Source of the DNA: Paracoccaceae bacterium
GTDB lineage: Bacteria; Pseudomonadota; Alphaproteobacteria; Rhodobacterales; Rhodobacteraceae
Assembly (NCBI GenBank): GCA_022823605.1
Contig: JAJEHS010000004.1
Span: 85,190 to 149,189, forward strand
Length of the DNA: 64,000 bases
Direction of reading: 5' to 3'
Below the pieces are notes generated by a model, which saw only the letters and a list, made by a program, of their open reading frames with translations, was not told the DNA's origin and did not search any database. A program made the position numbers and the translations under genes. Shown here in pieces: positions 1 to 6,635 of the stretch (positions are counted from its first letter, which is position 1; the number at the start of each line of letters is the position of its first letter).

Positions 1-134
1 TCTCCAACACAAATTGTTGGTTTGCGATCTAGGGTCGCCTGCATGAAATGAGCGGGTTCAAGCCTTAAGTTGTCCTCCAGAATCATGTCACGACCTATCC
101 AACTTTGTAGGTTTGACTTTTCCTTGATGGGCAT
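1..134 (-). CDS. partial ORF (first 44 codons only, runs off the left edge); function not assignable
   Basis: ATG at 134-132, open to position 1: MPIKEKSNLQSWIGRDMILEDNLRLEPAHFMQATLDRKPTICVG. The WIGR...ATLDR pattern resembles N-termini of MaoC/FAS1-like dehydratases, from memory only. Confidence 0.25.
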   Translation of the reverse strand, partial: MPIKEKSNLQSWIGRDMILEDNLRLEPAHFMQATLDRKPTICVG

Positions 135-421
135 GTTTCTATCTAATTTATTGATTGGCCTATTCACTCCAATTACTTGATATCGAATAGTTTGTCAGGA
201 ATATTTCTTTTGCCGCAGCAAAAATTATTCCCGATTGAGCTATTGTCCCAACCAAGCTGAAGGTTATGGAACTTGCACAACTAGAATAAGTTGAAAATTT
301 TGTCCTTGGTTTTGTATTGCTGAAATGCGGGCAAAGTAATACCTTGCATCAGATCATCATTTCCAATCGATCCAGTTCATGTCTTGATCTTTAGTCCCAC
401 TTTGTCTTGGTGGAAAGGTAA

Positions 422-1531
422 CTAAACCACTTCATCCGGAAGTCTGTAACTGGTACTGCGTCCACCACCTGGATTTTGGATAAAGATTCCCCTGTTCTTC
501 AACTCCTGTATATCTCGCAGAGCTGTATCGTTTGAGCATTTGACTATTTTGGCGTATTTCGAGGTATTCATGAATCCTTTGAAATCATCTTCAAGCATGC
601 GGTTGATAATCAAGCGTTGACGGTCATTTACCGGTTTATGGTTGATGATATCCCAAAGTCTTGCCTTGTAAAGAACATTTCCGAGAGTAGTTTCTGAATT
701 TGCTATGGCTCGCCCCAAACAATCAAGGAACCAAGTCAGCCATCCTGTAATATCTGGTGTCGCACGCTGCTGTTTCTCAAGTTGATCATAGTACTGCTTG
801 CGTTCTGCCTCAATCTGGAACGATAAGCTATAAAAACGATTTTGCGTTTCATCTGCACGAGCCAATGCCATATCAGCGATGGCTCTGGCTATCCTGCCAT
901 TCCCATCTTCAAACGGATGAATGGTAACAAACCACAGGTGAGCAATGCCGGCCCTGATGACTGGATCAATATCATCGCCTTCGGCAAACCATGCTAGAAA
1001 TGCTAGCATTTCCTTATCTAATCGATCAGCACTAGGTGCTTCAAAATGAACCTTTTCTTTACCAAAAGGGCCAGAAATAACCTGCATTGGACCAGAATGA
1101 ATAGAGCGCCAGTCACCAACGGTAATTTTATGCATTCCACTTCGCCCACTTGGGAATAGTGCGGCATGCCAATTAAACAGACGATCTTTTGTTAATGGCA
1201 TATTGTATTTCTGCGTTGCATCCAGCATCAATTCAACGATGCCTTCAACATCTCGACTTGAAGGAATCAGTCCAGCAATATCGATACCAAGTCTACGAGC
1301 AATGGAGGAACGAACCTCCTTAGGGTTCAAGTCCTCACCTTCTATGGCTGAGGATTTGACTATGTCATTGGTTAATGTTCTTAAGCTTGCTTCGAGTTTA
1401 AGTTCAAATCCAAGACCATCCAATCGACCAAGTAATCGTCCCTGACGATAACGAATATCTACTAATCTAGCGGAAAGTTTTTCTCTATCCCAAGTAAAAT
1501 TTGGCCAGTTTTGATGTTCATGAATCCACAT
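422..1531 (-). CDS. Fic family protein (class II, N-terminal Fic_N/DUF4172-like region, C-terminal winged-HTH-like tail); probable AMP-transferase
   Basis: Canonical Fic motif HPFEDGNGRIAR (nt 884-919). Auto-inhibitory motif S-x-x-x-E-G as SSAIEG (nt 1337-1354) lies N-terminal to the Fic core. N-terminus MWIHEHQNWPNFTWD is typical of this family. The track ORF starts at GTG 1540; ATG 1531 preceded by GGTGA is the more likely start. Confidence 0.88.
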   Translation of the reverse strand: MWIHEHQNWPNFTWDREKLSARLVDIRYRQGRLLGRLDGLGFELKLEASLRTLTNDIVKSSAIEGEDLNPKEVRSSIARRLGIDIAGLIPSSRDVEGIVELMLDATQKYNMPLTKDRLFNWHAALFPSGRSGMHKITVGDWRSIHSGPMQVISGPFGKEKVHFEAPSADRLDKEMLAFLAWFAEGDDIDPVIRAGIAHLWFVTIHPFEDGNGRIARAIADMALARADETQNRFYSLSFQIEAERKQYYDQLEKQQRATPDITGWLTWFLDCLGRAIANSETTLGNVLYKARLWDIINHKPVNDRQRLIINRMLEDDFKGFMNTSKYAKIVKCSNDTALRDIQELKNRGIFIQNPGGGRSTSYRLPDEVV

Positions 1532-1534
1532 AAT

Positions 1535-1615
1535 AATCACCGCATAATTTAAGGTGATTGTAGGTGTTATTCACCGCAAATACAAGAGCAATCACCGTAA
1601 AATATACAGTGAATA
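1535..1615 (-). promoter_or_regulatory. candidate operator / 5-prime UTR structure upstream of the Fic gene: three A(A/T)TCACCG(C/T)A boxes and two inverted repeats
   Basis: TCACCG occurs at 1537-1542, 1571-1576 and 1592-1597 in similar contexts (aatcaccgcataa / attcaccgcaaat / aatcaccgtaaaa). Inverted repeat AATCACC (1535-1541) / GGTGATT (1553-1559) contains the GGTGA ribosome-binding site. Second inverted repeat TATTCAC (1568-1574) / GTGAATA (1609-1615). Confidence 0.35.
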
Positions 1616-2038
1616 AATCCTTTATTCGCCGCATGGATATTTTAAAGACCATTTTTCTGATCTGCTCATTAGGGTCAGGATACGTTGGTTGTTAATACTG
1701 TATGGTCCGTGATTTTAATGATTTATTCTTTATGAATACGTAATTGGGATGGGTAATTGTATAGCATAGTGTGAAGAAATAAGTAATAAATAAACAAGAA
1801 AGGGGGTGTAAATCTGGTATTACGACAAAATTTAGTATAATTCCGGCATGAGATGGAGTAACGTGGTGGACAGGGAATCCTTACCATGAAGTCGTGGGTT
1901 AAATCTGACCGCTTTGACTTTATCTGGGGCCGGGTTATGGTCGAGTTTGATAACAGAATACCGGTCAACGACAATCATGAACCAATTCAAGAGTTGGATG
2001 AGGCAGCTTAAAGTGATAAATGATACGCAATACGAGAT

Positions 2039-2278
2039 TCACACCCCTTCAAAATCGTTGAGGTTTTCTTCCGTGTAGCGAAAATTGTTGACTTCCGGAT
2101 TGCCGTTTGCATATAAACCATGAACGCTCCGGGACTGCCTCTGCCATTTGATATGCACCCGGAGTGCAAGATGCCCTCCCGTACCCTGACATGACTGATT
2201 TGGACGTACAGATTGTCTGAGGTACTTTATCCCTTGGTAAATAGATATGTTATTGAACAATGGGTAAACACATCCCAT
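2039..2278 (-). CDS. hypothetical 79-aa ORF (uncertain whether expressed)
   Basis: ATG at 2278 preceded by GGGGGA 6 nt upstream. It lies in a locally GC-richer patch of an otherwise AT-rich spacer. No recognisable motif. Confidence 0.2.
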   Translation of the reverse strand: MGCVYPLFNNISIYQGIKYLRQSVRPNQSCQGTGGHLALRVHIKWQRQSRSVHGLYANGNPEVNNFRYTEENLNDFEGV

Positions 2279-2330
2279 AATAAATCCCCCAAGTTTAATT
2301 TTTTCGCATTATAGAAAGGTTGTGTTTCGA

Positions 2331-3425
2331 ATGATCCCATACTGTCATGGCAAGGCCGTCATTGAACAATTCGGAACTGGTCAGCAGTTTGAAATTGAAT
2401 CTGACTTGATAGATTTTCAAATTGTTGGTAGCGATATTGTCCCTAGTTCCAGTGTTATATATGAAGCCAAGATTAATCACGAGGATTTGGGCGTGCTTTC
2501 TTGGACTATAATTAAATATCCGAATCTAATCACTACGGATTTTAACGTTGGTCCTCACCATCTGGTACAAGATTTTGATTATGGCTTAATGAATGAAAAT
2601 GAATTTTTTTTTGGCGACGATTACTTAACAATAAGCCCCCAAGACTTTGCAGAACTGACCGAAGAAGAACAAATCGACATGATGATAGGTTGGTTCAATC
2701 ATATGTTTGAAGACCCACAAATGGAAACACCATATGCGATAGATAAGGAAAGTCCCTACAACTATAAATATATTTGGGGTGGCCCCTATTATGTCCCTGA
2801 AGAACTTCAAACCATTTTTGAAGGTATTGCTTCGGATGAGGCTATTAAGAAGGCTACTAAATTAATCCAACAAGATGGCATTTTCGAATGGGCACCGAGC
2901 AACAACCACCCAACTCGATTCAATGACGAGGATGAGTTAGCAGAACAATTTAATGATGATCTTACCCTTGAAGATATTAGACAACGGTTAAACGAGAATC
3001 CAGCACTAACCATCGGCACCGAGCAAGAAACCAAAGCCAGAAGCGAGATTTTTGAATCGGCTGATAAGTTGCGGCTTTTAATGAAATGTACTGACGGGGA
3101 AACTACTCATGGTGGAATCGGACACAATCAACCACCTGCCAAATTTGAAATTCCTTCCGACCTTAAGGTAAAGATCGACCTAAACATAAATATAATCGTT
3201 ACCCAAGCCAAAGAAACCGAGCCTGATGTTAAAGCAACCACTGAAAGCATTGGAATTCTACAAGATGTGATGAATGAACTTAAAGGCTTCATCAAAGAAA
3301 CAAAAGATCAAGTTATATCAAAAGGTTCGAAAGCATTGGCTTTAGCGATAGTTTCTTGTTTGGGTATTTTGATTTATAAAGGCATATCATGGCTTTCGTT
3401 GCTACTTGGGTTTGGGCTTGTCTAG
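2331..3425 (+). CDS. hypothetical protein, soluble acidic N-terminal region with a C-terminal hydrophobic membrane anchor; no family recognised
   Basis: Long ORF. The track start is GTG 2322; ATG 2331 has AAAGG 11 nt upstream. The C-terminus ALALAIVSCLGILIYKGISWLSLLLGFGLV is strongly hydrophobic (1-2 TM segments). Contains a GHNQPP motif. No catalytic motif recognised. Confidence 0.7.
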   Translation: MIPYCHGKAVIEQFGTGQQFEIESDLIDFQIVGSDIVPSSSVIYEAKINHEDLGVLSWTIIKYPNLITTDFNVGPHHLVQDFDYGLMNENEFFFGDDYLTISPQDFAELTEEEQIDMMIGWFNHMFEDPQMETPYAIDKESPYNYKYIWGGPYYVPEELQTIFEGIASDEAIKKATKLIQQDGIFEWAPSNNHPTRFNDEDELAEQFNDDLTLEDIRQRLNENPALTIGTEQETKARSEIFESADKLRLLMKCTDGETTHGGIGHNQPPAKFEIPSDLKVKIDLNINIIVTQAKETEPDVKATTESIGILQDVMNELKGFIKETKDQVISKGSKALALAIVSCLGILIYKGISWLSLLLGFGLV

Positions 3426-3634
3426 CTGGTCACAATCCTTTGTTTCATACATCTTAAACTGAAGTTTTTTGACTGTAGGGCACCTCTATTATAATGTTTT
3501 TCAGAGATTCCTTCGGATCATCAAATGACAATTTTTAAGGGAATTATAAACAAAGGTACCAAAGCCTTTTGAGTCATTACAAATATATTGGCCAGTCGAT
3601 CATACAAATTATCGTACGATTTATCTGACTATTA

Positions 3635-4402
3635 TTACCACTTTCCAAAATTCCTTATTGCTTGACCATATAACCTCACTTCCGGTGACCATTTATGTGT
3701 TTCAAAGTTAGCATTGTCAAGAAGTCTCAAACAAGGATTTCGATTCATATTGAACCGTACTTCTCCGTAATGGGATGGACTATCATTACGCATCTCAAGT
3801 TCGCCAACATTATTACCTAGATGCTTGAAAACAACTTTTTGAGCATCAAATTGACCAGCTCCACGGGCTTTAGAATTAACAACCTCAAATACGTCAGCCA
3901 TCTCAGTAACCACATCATCACTCCAATATACACAAAAAACATTCTCACGCAGGATTGTTAGATAGTTTACCTCTCCTCCATTAAAAATCGATTTACGTAG
4001 AAAGGCCCGGAGCAGTGTTTTGCGCTGGAAACGGTCTTTCAATTCCCGCATTGGGGTTTGAAGTCTTTCCTTTGCTTGATCTTTATTGTCTATATAGTCT
4101 TTATATCGAGGAGGAAAAGCATCAATACAGTGAATCAAGAGAGAACCAATTCCGTTTAGTGCCTGGAATCCATCATCTTCTAAAAAACGGCTACGCCTGT
4201 ACAAAAAAATTTGCCATTTTTTCTTACCTGATTTTACAGAGTGGGCATCACCTGCTCGATCTATTACATCTTTTTTAGCATTTTGGTCACGCCGGTAATC
4301 TCTATCTAACCCAATAGCAAGAGCAAAAAGCAAGGCGTCATCATGCCCGGCCTGTCTGTATTCACGAGCATCTTCACTAGTGCTTCCTCTACTTGGTGTC
4401 AT
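3635..4402 (-). CDS. putative type II restriction endonuclease (family not recognised) partnered with the upstream Dam-like methyltransferase
   Basis: The start ATG overlaps the methyltransferase stop as ATGA (4399-4402), indicating translational coupling. 255 aa. The only nuclease hint is weak: D-x4-D-A-H-S-V-K, an SxK variant of PD-(D/E)xK. Confidence 0.45.
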   Translation of the reverse strand: MTPSRGSTSEDAREYRQAGHDDALLFALAIGLDRDYRRDQNAKKDVIDRAGDAHSVKSGKKKWQIFLYRRSRFLEDDGFQALNGIGSLLIHCIDAFPPRYKDYIDNKDQAKERLQTPMRELKDRFQRKTLLRAFLRKSIFNGGEVNYLTILRENVFCVYWSDDVVTEMADVFEVVNSKARGAGQFDAQKVVFKHLGNNVGELEMRNDSPSHYGEVRFNMNRNPCLRLLDNANFETHKWSPEVRLYGQAIRNFGKW

Positions 4403-5397
4403 TCAGCATGTCTCCAGATCAATAGTTCATGCGATTTTTTAACGTGGGAACCACCGTTTAATTGTCGTCTGTTTTCGCCAATCCTGGTATCGCCCTGACC
4501 GAATGTATATTGCCATTCAGGTGTCTCAATGTTGCAGTCGGAATACCAGTCCCGTATCGTCGGGCAATCGTTGTAAGACAATACAAATCCACTCTTGTGT
4601 GAGAGTAGCAAATCGCGCAGTTTTTTATGTCGAAAACCATCATGATGTATTGGGAAATTCCTGTGCGGATACATACCGACAAAGGTTTTCCCCTCTTCAA
4701 GATAGTATGGTGGATCACAATAAAGGAAATCATTTATGTGACGTGGAATGGAATTCTCAAAACGATCACAATGAACAGTCAGTCCCGGAGCATTAAACTC
4801 TGCAACCTTTTTTACTGTTTTCGCATAGCGCTCCCTATTCAGGTAAATATCGGATGGCCATCCAAGAAAATGTGGTCCATAAGAAGTATTTGAATTAAAA
4901 TAGTAATAGGCAGCAACATCTAGATAATGCAATTTATTACCATGCTTCCAATGTTGTTGAAGTCTATTTTTAACACGGGAAAATGTATCCCGGTCAGGAG
5001 TAAATTCCTGAAGCCTTCTTGCTAATGCTTTTGGATATTTTAATTGCACTTTCCAATAGGTGCAGAGTATATCAAACACATCATAAGCCATTACTTCAAG
5101 ACCGAGTTCACGGGCCATGGCAATCTCAACGGATCCACCACCCATGAATGGAGAAGCAACACGACGAACATGATCAGGCAGAAGATTGATGACAAAACCG
5201 ACAGCTAGGCTTTTTCCACCTGCATACCGCAACGGTGAAGCTAGATAGCGTTTATATTCAAGCTTCCCATTACTACGCAATTCAGAGAGAAAGCCTGTCT
5301 TTCGATATGACATGCCATTATTTTTATCTTCTGATAAATTATTCCCATAGATACCATGATCGTTGGTATCTACATCGGAATGGGTTTGTGAACTCAT
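4399..5397 (-). CDS. N6-adenine DNA methyltransferase, Dam/D12 class
   Basis: Motifs in Dam order: LRYAGGKS, then SPFMGGGSVE (FxGxG AdoMet site), then catalytic DPPY (LYCDPPYYLE). About 57 aa of extra N-terminal sequence precede the YAGGK motif. Confidence 0.85.
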   Translation of the reverse strand: MSSQTHSDVDTNDHGIYGNNLSEDKNNGMSYRKTGFLSELRSNGKLEYKRYLASPLRYAGGKSLAVGFVINLLPDHVRRVASPFMGGGSVEIAMARELGLEVMAYDVFDILCTYWKVQLKYPKALARRLQEFTPDRDTFSRVKNRLQQHWKHGNKLHYLDVAAYYYFNSNTSYGPHFLGWPSDIYLNRERYAKTVKKVAEFNAPGLTVHCDRFENSIPRHINDFLYCDPPYYLEEGKTFVGMYPHRNFPIHHDGFRHKKLRDLLLSHKSGFVLSYNDCPTIRDWYSDCNIETPEWQYTFGQGDTRIGENRRQLNGGSHVKKSHELLIWRHAE

Positions 5398-5664
5398 TTA
5401 ATACGTTCCTGTGTAAATATTTTCTAAATTCTTACACTGTCTTTTGAATCTGATATCTGCAATACCTCGGCTTTTCAATTTATTTATTACTTCAGCCTTG
5501 GACAAATCACTAGGAAGTTTTTCCAAAACTTTGTGTCTACTAGGTTTGCTGCCGTATTCTGACTTTGTCCACAGACTTCTTGGTTCGTCAACAACAGATA
5601 CCTCACGGAAGCCGTTCACAACCCGAGATACCCAAACAGTTGTGTTTTCAGGATATTTAACCAT
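5398..5664 (-). CDS. hypothetical basic 88-aa protein, in the same frame as the methyltransferase and separated from it only by a TAA
   Basis: ATG at 5664. The stop TAA (5400-5398) is immediately followed by the methyltransferase ATG (5397). No motif recognised. Confidence 0.4.
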   Translation of the reverse strand: MVKYPENTTVWVSRVVNGFREVSVVDEPRSLWTKSEYGSKPSRHKVLEKLPSDLSKAEVINKLKSRGIADIRFKRQCKNLENIYTGTY

Positions 5665-5702
5665 ACAAATTCACAATTATTAAAATTTATCAATGTTCTC
5701 AC

Positions 5703-5858
5703 CTATTCTTCTTCTACAACATTAACCTGTCTTAATACAGCCCTCGCTAATTCCTCGGGGGTTGCATCAATATAAAATTCTTCTTCAAGTTCTGATTTCT
5801 TGGGCTGATAGTCAAACGACTTAACCCTTACCTCAGTCTTATCTTCCTTGTATTTCAT
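5703..5858 (-). CDS. hypothetical acidic 51-aa protein
   Basis: Below the track length cutoff. ATG at 5858 with AAGGA 9-13 nt upstream. Product: MKYKEDKTEVRVKSFDYQPKKSELEEEFYIDATPEELARAVLRQVNVVEEE. Confidence 0.4.
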   Translation of the reverse strand: MKYKEDKTEVRVKSFDYQPKKSELEEEFYIDATPEELARAVLRQVNVVEEE

Positions 5859-5878
5859 TCTTCTATTTCCTTACCTGA

Positions 5879-6622
5879 TTATATACTCCTAGCACCACTA
5901 TCCAAACCATTATCAGCAATCAAATCCGAATAACGCAATCTCTTGCCAATCATACCAGAAACTACAACTGTCATTTGGTTTACAGTACCGTGAGGTCTCT
6001 GGTTATGTCTACCAATAAATTCCTTAACATGACGATCTAAATGCTTCTTACTCATTTTGTGGTAGATACCTTTTTGACCAGGCTTGAAAATTGCCTAGAA
6101 ACTCTCAACTCCGCTAGTTTGGACATTACCTACAATATACTCTCCAACTGAGTGTTTAACTGCCTTGTGATTTTCAAGACCTTCATAAGCCCTGTTTTCG
6201 ACTGTGTAGATTTCGGTACCTACCTCTGTATTTTCATTGACAAATTCATGGAGGGTTGTTTTCTTAACATTGTTAACCGCTTCAGCAACAACTTCGTTAG
6301 TCTCTCTGTTTTTCATGCCAACCACTGCGGTTTTACCAACTGCACTTCGACCAGCATTGAGTTTCTTGCTTTCATGCTTGTTTCTTTCCTTGCCACCCAT
6401 GTAGGTTTCGTCAACTTCAACAGTGCCTTCAAATTTGATTTCTCCGGCCTCATAGGATTTCCTTAAACGATGCAATAAATGCCAGGCTGAATTTTGGGTT
6501 ATCCTGAATTTTCTATGCAACCTCATACTGGATACACCCTTAATGTTGGTTGTGAGTAAATAGATTGCGAGTGCCCAAGTCCGATGGTGAATAGAGAATT
6601 TAATCGTTACCGTATTGCTGCA
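5879..6622 (-). pseudogene. IS1595-family (ISXO2-like DDE) transposase remnant: 5-prime truncated and interrupted by an in-frame amber codon
   Basis: The ORF 6526-6095 (...VDETYMGGKERNKH...SGVESF) stops at TAG 6097-6095. The same frame continues with AIFKPGQKGIYHKMSKKHLDRHVKEFIGRHNQRP...LIADNGLDSGARSI to TAA 5881-5879. The TAG sits where family members have W (ESFW). The upstream in-frame sequence (IHHRTWALAIYLLTTNIKGVSS) ends at a stop at 6623-6625, with no zinc-ribbon N-terminus. Confidence 0.8.
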
Positions 6623-6635
6623 TTAATGTTATTAC

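Noticed and set aside
408-419. Possible att-site copy of the tRNA-Ser 3-prime end at the left edge of the island (tggtggaaaggt versus tggcggaggggg)
   Set aside because: Only 8 of 12 positions match and there is no extension of similarity. This is indistinguishable from chance, so the island boundary remains undefined.
1723-1974. 83-aa minus-strand ORF in the Fic / orphan-gene spacer
   Set aside because: Its composition is Cys/Arg/Phe/Tyr-rich and low-complexity, and there is no start context. It overlaps the better-supported 41-codon plus-strand mini-ORF and is probably spurious.
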